Below, piece after piece: positions 26,831-38,968 of a DNA stretch of 64,000 nucleotides (positions are counted from its first letter, which is position 1; each line of letters starts with the position of its first letter). The notes under the pieces were generated by a model that did not search any database, was not told where the DNA came from, and saw only the letters and a program-made list of their open reading frames with translations. The stretch covers positions 5,437 to 69,436 of the forward strand of contig NW_021835977.1 of NCBI RefSeq assembly GCF_006345805.1, in the 5' to 3' direction. This DNA comes from Octopus sinensis. Its lineage: Eukaryota. The translations under genes were made by a program, and so were the position numbers.

Positions 26831-27020
26831 TTAATAATTCTTTAAGGAAAGCAGTAGTATACACAGGTTTATAGTAGAGGTGGTGGCATGAATGGAAATG
26901 TCAACTGGTTTTAGCAGTGGTGGTGACTGGGGTTTTGAGGGGGATGGCGACGGTATTGGTGTGGGGGTCGGCGTGTTCCCATTGATAGCCGTCAAGGCGG
27001 TGTCAATAGCAGCGCGGAGA
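26831..27020 (-). CDS. Candidate terminal exon: Pro-rich linker plus hydrophobic C-terminus
   Basis: Acceptor tatttccAG| then LRAAIDTALTAINGNTPTPTPIPSPSPSKPQSPPLLKPVDISIHATTSTINLCILLLSLKNY*. Could equally be decayed triplet repeat. Confidence 0.2.
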
Positions 27021-27382
27021 CTGGAAATATACAGATGATTTTTATGATTTTTAATGATGGAATTTATATTAACGTAACAGAAATCCCCATGGGAAGGATC
27101 AAATGGCCGAGAATACCTCGTCAAGTAAATTTCCCGATTCAATGAGAGATTGTGAATGCGAACGTAGATACACAGACGCATAAACTTATATATATATATA
27201 TACCTACATACATACATACATACATACATATATACATACATACATATAAATATAAATATAAATATATATATAATATATATATATATACACATATATATAT
27301 ACATATACATATATATGTGTGTATATATATTTATTACATATACAAATATCTATACATAAATATATACATATATATGTGTGTG

Positions 27383-27414
<32 letters not shown>

Positions 27415-27529
27415 ATATATATATAATATATATATATATAATATATATATAATATATATACAGTGAGAGAGAGAGAGAAAGAAAAATGGTCTGCAAGTAT
27501 GAGTGTACGTTTTTCTGTAAGTATATTTG

Positions 27530-27765
27530 AATGTAAGTATGTATGTATGTATGTACGAATGTATGTATGTATGTATGTATGTATGTATGTATGTATGTAT
27601 GTATGTATGTATGTATGTATGTATGTATGTATGTATGTATGTATGTATGTATGTATGTATGTATGTAGGTAAGTAGGTAGGTAGGTAGGTAGGTAGGTAA
27701 GTAGGTAGGTAGGTAGGTAGGTACGTAGGTACGTAGCTACGTACGTACGTACGTACGCTCGTATG
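27530..27765. repeat. (TATG)n grading into (TAGG)n/(TACG)n
   Basis: Direct reading. Confidence 0.95.
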
Positions 27766-28624
27766 TAGGTATTGATGGATGGATGTAATTATAATACACA
27801 CTACGCATGTTTTTACTATGTATGTATGTTGGCAAGCAGGTATGTATATCCCTATGCAGGTTTGTATGTAATTGTGTAAGTATGTATCTATAAATTTGAT
27901 ATGCGTACATAAATATTTTAAGAAAAATGCATGAGAAACTAAATATTTAGATATTTTCTTATCGAAATTGTTTTCTTTATTTTTTATCAAAATAATAATT
28001 CACTGCAGGTGATTATTATAACTAATGAATATTTCATATTTTTGCCGACGTAATTAAAAATAATAAACACAATGGCGGTGTCGGATATGCCGGCAAAAAC
28101 GACGTTATATTCAAAGAGTATAGCGGTGGTGGTGTTGCTCGTGATGATGGTGATGGTGGTGGTAGTCTTTTCATTGGTGATGTTCTTTTTACTTGTGGTA
28201 TTGATAGTAGCGGTAATAGTGACAGTGCCGATAGTGTTGATGGCGGCGACACTGACCATCACGAATATGATTAGGTTGATGATGTTGCTTATGATAAATA
28301 AGCTAATGCTTCTGTCTTCTTCTTTTTCTTCTTCTTCTTCTTTTTTCAATCAGGACACACGCCATTAGCCACAAAGAATAATCTCTAATTCGAGCCTACT
28401 CTAAGCTACTAAGAATGCGTGTGGCAACTGGAAAATCCACCCACCACACGCGATAGACTGGCGGTTGCACGGGCGCGAAAGCTACGTTATTATCCACATT
28501 CCGTAAACGGTGGCTTTTAACGGCTGGAGAGCCGAACCATCCTGGAGTATAGAGGATTCGCAATCTGAGACTAGGGTCTGAAAATTTACCCCACCATAGT
28601 GGGTTACACCATGGTTCTTCTGCT

Positions 28625-28827
28625 TTGTGGCAGAAGTAGGAAGAAAGAGTGAGAGGAAGTTGTGGTGAAAGAGTACAGCGTGGTTCACCACACTATCCCC
28701 GCCAGAGTCTCGTGGAGCTTAGGTGTTTTTGCTCAGTAAACACTCACAATGGTCGGTCTCAGAATCGAAACTGCGTTCTCACGACCGCGAGTCCGCTGCC
28801 CTAACCACTGGACCATTGCGCCTCCAC
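28625..28827 (-). mobile_element. SINE group A (H1 body); adjacent 28380-28625 may be a fourth tail type
   Basis: Head and body match 4107; the sequence beyond the body matches none of tails T1-T3. Confidence 0.8.
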
Positions 28828-28992
28828 AGTGCTGCTGTTGCTATTGTTGTTGTTGTTGCTACTGCTGCGGCTGCTGCAACTGCTGCTACTGATGATGATG
28901 ATGATACAGTTGGCGCTTATGCCGATTATGATAATGATGATAGGAAGACGGTGATGAAGCAGCAATGGCGATTGCTGCTTCTTTCTTTCTAG

Positions 28993-29119
28993 AAATTTTT
29001 GTCATTCGAAAGAGCATTTGTGATATCCGTAACGGAATAGTTAAAAAAGTTACAACCGAACAAATCCGTTTTGCAAACTGGGAAGCGCAGATAGACCTAG
29101 ACACTCTTAAGCAGAAGAT
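28993..29119 (+). CDS. Candidate internal exon
   Basis: ctttctttctAG| open frame (E)IFVIRKSICDIRNGIVKKVTTEQIRFANWEAQIDLDTLKQK, weak donor |GTAGTT. No homology recognised. Confidence 0.2.
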
Positions 29120-29471
29120 GTAGTTTGTTCATGCGCAATCAACAAAGAGAGATTAACCTGCGTCGATGAAAAACGAAAAACCAGCTGTTTCATGTGCTAA
29201 ATCCTGCTCTTGAACTAACAATTCAGGTACATGTACCTTTAATGGTGTTCTCAGTCAGCATCAGTGTGACGTATATGTACCTTATGAATTATAGATGCAG
29301 GCTTCTATACAGTTTCAGTTAATCCAGATTCATTCGCAAAGTGTAAGTCGAGCATTTGGCTAAGATCCCAAGTGCAACGAACACAAACCCGCGTGGTTGC
29401 AAAACGAAGATTTTAAAATATTTTGCCATACTAAATGTATGTGTGTGCGTGCGCGTGTATTATATACATAT

Positions 29472-29506
<35 letters not shown>

Positions 29507-29524
29507 GATATATATATATATATA

Positions 29525-30008
29525 GATAAAATTAGATAAACTTAGATATGTTTCGACCAAAGATTAATAGCACCACCTGATAGGATTATTCGAATCCTGT
29601 TTAAGTCAAGTTTTGTTTATGGTCCATTCAACTAGTGAGTTTTTGTTGGGTGAGTTGTATCCAATTATGGGTGGCTTATCTGGTATTCCTTGAAGGAATC
29701 TATCCAGACTCCGTTTAAAGTTGATGGGATCCTTTTTCCTCTTTGATCTATCTCGGGACAATGTTAAATAGGACAGGGCCTGTTGAGGAAAAGAAATTAT
29801 GTTGCAGTGTACATATATGCTGTGATCTTGAATTGGGCAGGGGACGTATGGCCAGTGGTCCCAGTCTTGGATGAACCTTGAAGCTAATGTTTAGGTCATT
29901 TGGGCAAAGTTGGCGGTATATTTTCCACATCGTACAAATGATGTACCGCTCAAGGCGACGCTGGAGAGAGTAAAGTTTCAAGGCTTTAAGGCGATCCCAA
30001 TAATCGAG

Positions 30009-30011
<3 letters not shown>
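29525..30011 (-). mobile_element. 5'-truncated CR1/L2-group LINE 3' end
   Basis: [44 protein letters not shown] then FKRSLDRFLQGIPD and a 3' UTR. Flanked by (TA)n on both sides. Confidence 0.85.
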
Positions 30012-30046
<35 letters not shown>

Positions 30047-30104
30047 TATATATATATAATATAATCCGTAACAAGATAATTCATTTATCCATTTATCCAT
30101 TTCA

Positions 30105-30166
<62 letters not shown>

Positions 30167-30321
30167 GTATGTATGTATGTATGTATGTATGTATGTATGT
30201 ATGTATGTATGTAGTATGTATGTGTGTATGTGTATATAAAGTTTCCAGTACACTCTGTCTTCCGTATCAGATATTTAGAATATACACAACGTAGATCCAG
30301 CGATTACTATTAATTAGTTGT

Positions 30322-30530
30322 AAGGCGGGGATCAAGGAGAGTCATTAGCACGCCAGGCCAAATGCTTGTGGAGTTTCTCGGTCTTTATGTTCTGTGTTCA
30401 AATTTTGCCGTCCTTGCCTTTCATCCTTTCGGGGCTGATTAAAATAAGTGCCAATTGAACACTGGAATCGATGCAATCAACTTAATCCCTACTCTGAAAT
30501 TGCTGAGTTTGTGCCAAAATTTGAAATCAG
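30322..30530 (+). mobile_element. Group C SINE
   Basis: aaggcggg..ttagcacgccagg..gcctttcatcctttcgggg..gtgccaaaatttgaaa. Confidence 0.75.
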
Positions 30531-30544
30531 TATTTTTATTCAAT

Positions 30545-30882
30545 TGTAAGACGCTGAGCTAACAGAATCGTTTGCACGCAGGGCAAAACGGTTAGCGGCA
30601 TTTCGTCCATGTTTACGTACTTAGTCGAATCCGCAAAGATCGAATCAGCCAAAGTCGAATCCGCCAAGGTCGAATCCGCCATGGTCGAATCCGTTAAGGT
30701 CGAATCAGCCAAGGTCGAATAAGCCAAGATCGAATCAGCCAGGGTCGAATCAGCCAAGGTCGAATCAGACTTTCATCCTTTCGGGGTCGACAAATTAAGT
30801 ACCAGTTGAGTAATGGATCGATATAAACAACTTACACCCTCGTCCAAAATTGCTGGACTTGCGCCAACATTTAAAATCATTA
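30545..30882 (+). mobile_element. Group C SINE with an internal 15-bp tandem expansion
   Basis: SINE head, then ~10 units of gtcgaatc(c/a)gccaag at 30624-30770, then the SINE resumes at ctttcatcctttcggggtcga. Confidence 0.85.
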
Positions 30883-31066
30883 TTATTCAGTTACCATACT
30901 TTTATAGTTTATTTTCATTGCATCGCAAACTGCAGCCTTGTGTGCTTTTAGTGTTGTGTAAGTTTTGTCATTCTTAATATAATAATAGTACATAATATTT
31001 CGGCTGTCTCTAGCAATGCTATTTGCTGTACTTAACGTGTACAGCAAACAGCACACGTGAGTTCAG

Positions 31067-31806
31067 GGACTGATTTTGCTTTCAGGTTCCCCATTCTGTA
31101 TTTCACGATAATTATATGAGAAGCATACTTTCAAAACCGGTATAAGTGCATATGCCGCTAAAGATATGGGTGTAAATGCAGATGAAATGATGGGCAAAGA
31201 AGAGTTTAACCAGAGAGCTGAGGAGAAGAGAAAAGAAGACCTACTTGAAATGAGAAAGCATGGGCAGTTTGAAAGGAATACACAATACGTTAAGGATAAT
31301 ACAGCATCTTGGGCATGGCTTGAGCGAGTTGATTCGAAGCGTACCACCGAAAGCCTGATCATTGCTGCACAAGACCGGGCTCCCGCTACCATATTAGTGA
31401 AGTATAAGATCTATAAAACTTCTGACACCCAGAAATGCAGACTCTGTGGGAAATGTGACCCATGTGGTAAGTTGATGTGAGAGCCTTGCAAAAAAAGAAT
31501 ACAAGCGCCGCCACGGTAAAGTATGTGTGCATCTTCACTGGCTCTTATGCCGTAAATTCCAATATGAAGTAACAGAGAACTAGTATGAGCATGTACCAAG
31601 TAAAGTTATGCTGGAGAATGGAAAAGTAACGACACCCTGGGACTAAGATTTTCAGACGGAACGTGTAATCGAACACCGTCAACCGGATATTGTCATATTA
31701 AATAAGAGAGGCAAATACTGTAAGGTCATCTGCCTGAGGTACTTGTTGTGACTTGACAGGTAACTAAAGACTCCGGTGCATTTTTACCTATACTGTGTTA
31801 CGAATA

Positions 31807-31894
<88 letters not shown>

Positions 31895-31900
31895 CAACAA
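31067..31900 (+). mobile_element. 5'-truncated RLE-type LINE with internal deletion and (AAT)n tail
   Basis: HGQFER..SWAWLE..TTESLIIAAQDRA..KCRLCGK, then KEYKRRHGKVCVHLHWLLC and YEHVP..WD*DFQTERVIEHRQPDIVILNK (RLE PD motif). Ends in (AAT)n. Confidence 0.85.
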
Positions 31901-31904
31901 ATGC

Positions 31905-32448
31905 ACTGATGCAGTATCAAGCAGTGGCTCTCATGGCTTCTCATCTTAACTGATTGGAAGTGTTATCATGTACATTATCACGTCTTGGTATAAAAGATGG
32001 GCTACAGCAAATATTCTACTCAATACCACAGATTTGCTTGAAAGTTGTTTGACCTTTACCACTTGAGCATGTCCCTTTAGCGGCTGACGATATGTGGATG
32101 AGATCACGAGCAGAAGCAGTGAGGGAGCATCATAGCCGTGTGTTGAGGGGAATTCTCTGGGGTTTGAATAATTCATCACTGGAAACATGGGTGTTTCGTT
32201 CATCATGTTGAAACAACCCTTATTCGGAGACCTTTTGAGCGAGATGGGCTACTCGACCAGAAGAAAATTCTGAGCCCCCTCCCGGAAGGTCATGCGCTGT
32301 TTATCTTGATATGCTATCACCATGTTGTGCACATATGGTTGTGATGCATGTACCTGGTATATCCTTGTCACACGGGTAGTCATGATGGGTATACTGGGCT
32401 TCGTATATTTTACCCCAGTGTCACTTTGATGGCATGCACTGCTCTCTC

Positions 32449-32450
<2 letters not shown>
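31905..32450 (+). repeat. Unclassified interspersed-repeat-like segment ending in an (AAT)n tail
   Basis: Higher-GC unique-looking block between two (AAT)n tracts, no open frame. Class inferred only. Confidence 0.3.
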
Positions 32451-32516
<66 letters not shown>

Positions 32517-32779
32517 TAATATTGATAATAACAACAATGACAGTAGCAACAACAACAATAATAATAAAATAATGATGTCGATGATAAAGATGCTAATGAT
32601 GATGATGGTGATGATTTATTTGTCACTGTGGCATCTAATGAGAGCGAGTTACATGACCAGTTTACAATTTGTTGAACGGTTTATATAAAAATACGATGGC
32701 AGGAAAGAGAGAGGAAAGAAAAAAGGTAATGGTAATGGTGGTTGTAGTGATGATGATGATGATGATGATGATAATGGTT

Positions 32780-32922
32780 GTGGTGGTGGTGGTGGTGGTG
32801 ATGGAAAAATGGATGAAGAAGTATGGAAATGAAGATGGAAAACAAAGAGAAGACGTAGGAAAGTGATAAAAACGAAGATAAAGTAGTAGTAGTAGTAGTA
32901 GTAGTAGTAGAGTAGTAGTAGT

Positions 32923-32982
<60 letters not shown>

Positions 32983-33634
32983 TTTTCTATGATGGCAATG
33001 ATGATGATGACGACGATGACGACGATGATGACAGCGATGATGATGACGACGACAACGACGACGACGATGATGATGATGATGATGATGATGATGATAGCAA
33101 AAATGAAATCAACAAAAATACATCGTCATACTTTCTTCATCAGTATTTTAATTCGTGATTATAAAACATTTAAGGACAGATGTGGTTCCTATCTTTAAGA
33201 CACGGATAAGGCTTCACTTGAAGCATATTTAAAAAGCATTAAACTTTAAATAAACGAAACAAAAACAAATCTGTGATAAGATGAAAGATAGAAATATATA
33301 GCATTAATGACGAGCGAGTTAGAGGTGACGAACGCTGCTAATACGTAAGAATAAAATGGTGGAAAAAGAAAACGAACGGAAAATTAATAGAATAAGAATT
33401 TAACAAGAAAAATACGGAGAAAAATGCATTTGGCGATAAAAGGAGGAAATAACAAATGCTCAAGACAAATACAATACTGCTGCTGGTGCTACTGGTGGTG
33501 GTGGTGGTGATGGAAAAATGGATGAAGAAGTATGGAAATGAAGATGGAAAACAAAGAGAAGACGTAGGAAAGTGATTAAAACGAAAGATAGATAAAGTAG
33601 TAGTAGTAGTGTAGTAGTAGTGAGTAGTAGTAGT

Positions 33635-33672
<38 letters not shown>

Positions 33673-34226
33673 TAGTAGTTAGTAGTAGTAGTAGTAGTTT
33701 TTCTATGATGGCAATGATGATGATGACGACGATGACGACGATGATGACAGCGATGATGATGACGACGACAACGACGACGACGATGATGATGATGATGATG
33801 ATGATGATGATAGCAAAAATGAAATCAACAAAAATACATCGTCATACTTTCTTCATCAGTATTTTAATTCGTGATTATAAAACATTTAAGGACAGATGTG
33901 GTTCCTATCTTTAAGACACGGATAAGGCTTCACTTGAAGCATATTTAAAAAGCATTAAACTTTAAATAAACGAAACAAAAACAAATCTGTGATAAGATGA
34001 AAGATAGAAATATATAGCATTAATGACGAGCGAGTTAGAGGTGACGAACGCTGCTAATACGTAAGAATAAAATGGTGGAAAAAGAAAACGAACGGAAAAT
34101 TAATAGAATAAGAATTTAACAAGAAAAATACGGAGAAAAAATGCATTTGGCGGTAAAAGGAGGAAATAACAAATGCTCAAGACAAATACAATACTGCTGC
34201 TGGTGCTACTGGTGGTGGTGGTGGTG
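32780..34226 (+). repeat. Tandem duplication, ~710-bp unit x2
   Basis: Units begin at 32801 and 33510. The ORFs at 32989 and 33705 are identical; differences are mostly in microsatellite length. Confidence 0.95.
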
Positions 34227-34259
<33 letters not shown>

Positions 34260-34599
34260 GAAGCTACTTCATTTAAAAAGTTCTCTCGCCATGTTAGCTT
34301 ATTAACTCTCTACCTCTCTGTCTCCCTTCAGAAACAACCGAAGTTAAAATATTCTAGCATTACTGTCCTATTTTGCTGGGCTTTTGTCACAGCTGTGCTC
34401 GAATGCCTTAAATGCAGTCATTTTAAGGCAAGTTATGGAATATTTTTATAAACATTTTAACTTATTTCTTTTTGACGTCTTTTTTGATCGTCTTTTGACA
34501 CAACAACGTTGGGGGCTATAATGGAAATCTTCATTGTCTCCCCTTTTACATAACAACCTTTTCACTCTCAAATTAAAAAAATGTCTTTTCTACTCTAGG

Positions 34600-35110
34600 C
34601 ACAAGGCCCGAAATTTTAGGTGGGGGCAGTCGATTAGATCGACCCCAGTACGCAATTGGTACTTTCATCCCGAAAAGATGAAGGGCAAAGTGACTTCGGC
34701 GGAATTTGAACTCAGAATGTAAGGAGAGACGAAATACCGCTAGGTATTTCAACCAGCGTGGTTTTTATTTCTTTATTGCCCACAAGGGGCTAAACATAGA
34801 GGGGGAAAAACAAGGACAGACAAAGGGATTAAGTCAATTGCATCGAGCCCAGTGCGTAACTGGTACTTAATTTATCAGCCCCGAAAGGATGAAAGGCAAA
34901 GTCGACCTCGGCGGAATACACTGGATGTAACACTGGACAATTTGAAACTCTATGGGAAAGACGAAAGTCAGTTAAATTCATTGTTTCAAACTATGCATTG
35001 TTTTAGTGCAGACATCATCATCATCATCATCATCATCGTCGTCGTTGTCGTCGTCATCAGAACGTAACGGCAGACGTAATATTGTTAAGCATTTCGCCCG
35101 CTCGCCGCTT
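34600..35110 (-). mobile_element. Two adjacent group C SINEs, the second interrupted by a LINE-derived insert (34918-35056)
   Basis: SINE text stops at ggcggaat (34917) and resumes at tcagaacgtaa (35057). Confidence 0.8.
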
Positions 35111-35829
35111 TACTCTCAAATTCAAATATTAATAGATAACTTAATGCTGAAAGGCTGCAAAAGCGCAAAGCGCAAAGCCAGATGGTGCGGTCGATCAACG
35201 GATAACATATGATATGGTTCCTCAACTGTGGATTCTGGATTGCTTGAAAAGTTTGGGAGTTGCACACAATATCGATAATCTATTGAATCAAAGTAAGAGT
35301 GGATGTAACACTGGACTCTCATCGGAGCAGCAAAGGCTAGATTTTGTCAACATCAAGTGTGGAATCTTCCAGAGAGTTACCTTATCATCTTTGCCTTTTG
35401 TATTGTGTATGATATTGCAGATTTTGATTTTGAGAAACACGAATGCTGGAAATGAGTTCAAGGAAAGACTAACTAAGATCAATGATCTCCTTAGGAGTGG
35501 CAGTGTAGTAAGTAACTTGCTCACCAACCACATGGTTCCAGATTCAGTCCCACTGCATGGCACCTTGGGCAAGTGTCTTCTACTATAGCCTCGGGCCGAC
35601 CAAAGCCTTGTGAGTGGATTTGGTAGACGGAAACTGAAAGAAGCCCGTCGTATATATGTATATATATATATGTGCATGTGTTTGTGTGTCTGTGTTTGTC
35701 CCCACAACATCACTTGACAACCGATGGTGGGGTGTTTACGTCCCCCACTTAGCGAACTTAGCGGTTCGGCAAAAGAGACTGATAGAATAAGTACTAGGCT
35801 TACAAAAAATAAGTCCTGGGGTCGATTTG

Positions 35830-36537
35830 TTTGTTAGTTAGTTAGTTAATTTGGCTCAAAAGCAAATAGCAAGGCCATGTAGGGGGACATGGAGTTAAGT
35901 ACAGGGTGGTGTTCATGTAAAGAGTTCAGGCCACTTGAGGTCCAGGGAGGCTTTGAACAAAGCGGTCGTCGGCATCTTCTCCATCTCGTCTTGCAGCTTG
36001 TTCCACGGATCCGCAACCCGGACGGAGAAAGCTCCTCTCCTTCGATTGAGATGAAATCGTCGCAGGTAGAGCTTTTCGGAATGACCCCGCAGCCGACGCT
36101 CTGGAGCAGGAGTGAAGAACAGCTCTTTCGAGAGGTTACACTTTCCGCTTATGATGTTGTGGGCGAGAATGAGATCACCACGGCGGCGGCGTTTTTCAAG
36201 AGAATAAAGGTCGAGCGTCCTCAGCCTTTCTTCGTAGGACAAATTTTTGAGACCATGAACCATGCGGGTAGCCAGCTTCTGGACTCTTTCGAGATGCTGT
36301 ATGTCTTTGAGGAGATAAGGAGAAGAGGCTTGAATCCCATACTCCAATATGGGTCTCACCAGCGTGACATAGAGTTGTAGGAATATGGCTGCTGTGAGCA
36401 TTCTGAATGACCGTCGAATCAAGAACAGAATTCCGCGTGCTTTGTTGACAGCATGGACGCACTGGGCCGAAGGCGAAAAGGAGGAATCCACCAAGATACC
36501 CAGGTCCTTTACCTGATCGGTCCTCTCCAGCAGCAGA
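35830..36537 (-). mobile_element. 5'-truncated CR1-clade LINE with 3' UTR and (TAAC)n tail
   Basis: DQVKDLGILVDS..LYVTLVRPILEY..LERVQKLATR..LDLYSLEKRRRRGDLI..RGH..FSVRVADPWNKL is the typical CR1 ORF2 C-terminus. Confidence 0.95.
35913..36494 (-). CDS. Uninterrupted C-terminal part of CR1 ORF2 (reverse transcriptase tail)
   Basis: 193-aa open frame with CR1 motifs. It lacks the endonuclease and most of the RT, so it is not autonomous. Confidence 0.85.
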   Translation of the reverse strand: MVDSSFSPSAQCVHAVNKARGILFLIRRSFRMLTAAIFLQLYVTLVRPILEYGIQASSPYLLKDIQHLERVQKLATRMVHGLKNLSYEERLRTLDLYSLEKRRRRGDLILAHNIISGKCNLSKELFFTPAPERRLRGHSEKLYLRRFHLNRRRGAFSVRVADPWNKLQDEMEKMPTTALFKASLDLKWPELFT

Positions 36538-37101
36538 CGACTAAAGGCGGTGCTCCAACATGGCTACAGTCAAATGACTGAAACAAGTAAAAAGAGTAAA
36601 AAAAAATAGAAGAATTTGAAACTATGGGAAAGACGAAAGTCAGCTGAATTCATTGTTTCAAACTATGCATTGTTTAAGTGAAATTTGGTGAAATTTGGTG
36701 AAATTGTTTAAGTGAAATTTGGACGGAAAATGTGTGCAATGTTGGTTTCAAAAAGTTGAAAACGCGGGTGGCATGAAGTTACTCAAGGGAAATGTAAACA
36801 AAACAGAATAGAATAAAGGAGACAAGTATCTGAACATAGAAGTAGGCGAAATGATAGAAAGCCAAACGAAGAAGCTATTCTCTCGAGAGTATTACAAAAG
36901 TTTGAAATTGATTTTGAGAAATAAACTAATCAGTGGAATAAATTCCAAGCAATAAATTCATGGGCAATTTGCTCTCTCGAGATATGGATCAGGAATGCTA
37001 CGATGGCAAGCAGAGGAACTACAATCCTTGGAGAAGAAAACTAGAAAACTACAGACAATACACGGAGCGTTCCCTCTGGAAAATAATGTTGATAGGCTAC
37101 A

Positions 37102-37402
37102 CTAGTGATTCCCAAACTTTTTCTGGTTGTCACCTCCTTGGTGCCCAGGACACCTTACTAACTCCCACCACCACCACCACCACTGACCAGCACAAACATA
37201 AACCACTTTCTGTAGAAAATTTTAAATAACTGAATTTCACAAATAAAATTTAACCTAATTAATCCACTATGTTGTTTTTACACGCATTGCTCTCTTTGCG
37301 TCACCCCATTATTACCCCATTTTACTTCAACGTACCCACCCCCACCTTGGATCTTTCAATCACCCTCAAGGGGGACAGTATCGCCCACTTTGAGAACCTT
37401 AT
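37102..37402. mobile_element. hAT-type MITE inside the RLE LINE
   Basis: Left end ctagtgattcccaaac and right end ctttgagaacc resemble the cagtggttctcaaa TIR type. Confidence 0.55.
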
Positions 37403-38390
37403 GAGAAAGAAAGGAATCCGGAAATTGATAAACTGTGAGGATCGTCTTTAGACTGAGTTAAACAAAAGTGCTTGGTTTATAAAGAATGCAAAAATATCGT
37501 TACTTGAACAATATGGAAAACATATGGAAAACATATGGAAAACAGCCTGGACAATATGAATTAAAACAGAAAGACAGAAAAAAGAGGGAGGAGACAACTG
37601 AAGGGAAAAGAAGATGCGTGGTCAGTTCTTAAGAGAGATATCAAAGACACAGGCCCAGCTAATAGATATCTGTGGTTACAAAAGAAGTGGCCTGAAAACT
37701 TAATCAGGGACCTTGGTTTTTGGAGCACAGGAACAAAGATTAAGATTTAACTACACCAAGCGCGATATTGAACAATAAGCAAAATCAAACAAAAGCAGAC
37801 AGTGTGTCGTAATTGGAGATACAGTGTGGAATATTTTGAACAAATGCTGCAAATTGGTCCAGAGAAAATACGAAAAAAGGTATGGCATTGTCAGCGGGAA
37901 CTACATGACACATTCGAATTGGAAAGAGGAAAGAAAACGGTATGAGTATGAATCAAAGGATGTGGTAGAAAATGACTGAGTTAAAATCCTTTCGGACTTC
38001 ATGATCCACTGTGATCGTAGACTCAGACATCAGAAACCCGATATTGTGTACTGGTTGCAGCAGAATGGTCGAAAACGAATGAAAAACTAACGTGATATGC
38101 ACCGCGGAGAAATCAAATAGCCGAGATCTTTGAAAATAGGAGTATATTATTTGTTTCAATAATTGGTAGTGCCCTAGTAACAGAGGCAAATAAATTAAAA
38201 TTTGCTTAAAAATGATAGAAATAAAAATGAAAATAGATCATATCTAGAAAACAGCATTATTTGTCTGTGCGATGTGCCCCCGCAAAGTTCTCAATATTTG
38301 AAAAGAAAGTGAACAGCTTATACAAAAATGACACCTCTAACAAGCTGAATGAGTTAGATATTATGATGGAAATAAGAATAAAAATAAAAA

Positions 38391-38395
<5 letters not shown>

Positions 38396-38436
<41 letters not shown>

Positions 38437-38455
38437 GGTGGTGGTGGTGGTGGTG

Positions 38456-38512
<57 letters not shown>

Positions 38513-38640
38513 AAGATGATGATGACGACGACGACGACGATGTTGACGATGATGATGATGATAATGGCATTAATAAAAATAATGATGATGATGATGACGA
38601 TAATATTAATGATGATGATATTATTAATGATGATGATATG
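38396..38640. repeat. (TAG)n-(TGG)n-(TAG)n-(GAT)n compound microsatellite
   Basis: Direct reading. Confidence 0.95.
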
Positions 38641-38968
38641 GCGAGAAGGAGGTGGAGGAGGCAGAGAGGTATCATCACCATCATCACGTAATGAGTATGA
38701 GGGCTGGCTAATCAAATGCCAAATAATAAAATTAAAATTAGAGATAGTAGAAAAAAGTTTAAAAAAATAAATAAATCGAGAGCAAATCAATAACAAAAGC
38801 ACTGATAATTATCTGTTAATTAAATTAAATTGTGACTAGTGGAGTTAAGTTTTACAAATGTTTAGATTTTCGAAATATCTAAGAATGTGTGGAAATATCT
38901 AAGAAAGCTAAAGAGGATTTAATTGGTGTTAAAATGGATATAGTCGTCGATTGTGTGCGATTAATAAT

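Larger units (their letters stand above)
35493..36605 (+). mobile_element. SINE group B inserted in the LINE and split by a CR1
   Basis: Matches 40608-41013; broken between gtcgatttg (35829) and cgactaaagg (36538). Confidence 0.9.
35130..37960 (+). mobile_element. Degenerate RLE-type LINE (RT to zinc knuckle) hosting nested insertions
   Basis: YDMVPQLWILDCLK..GIFQRVTLSSLPFVLCM..KINDLL before the insertions; NLKL.GKDESQLNSLFQT, DKYLNIE, KFQAINSWAI, MRGQFLRE and GAQEQRLRFNY after them. Confidence 0.8.

Noticed and set aside
30536-30757. Pentapeptide-repeat (LADST) ORF or CRISPR-like array
   Set aside because: The 15-bp units are contiguous with no spacers and derive from the surrounding SINE; the DNA is eukaryotic.
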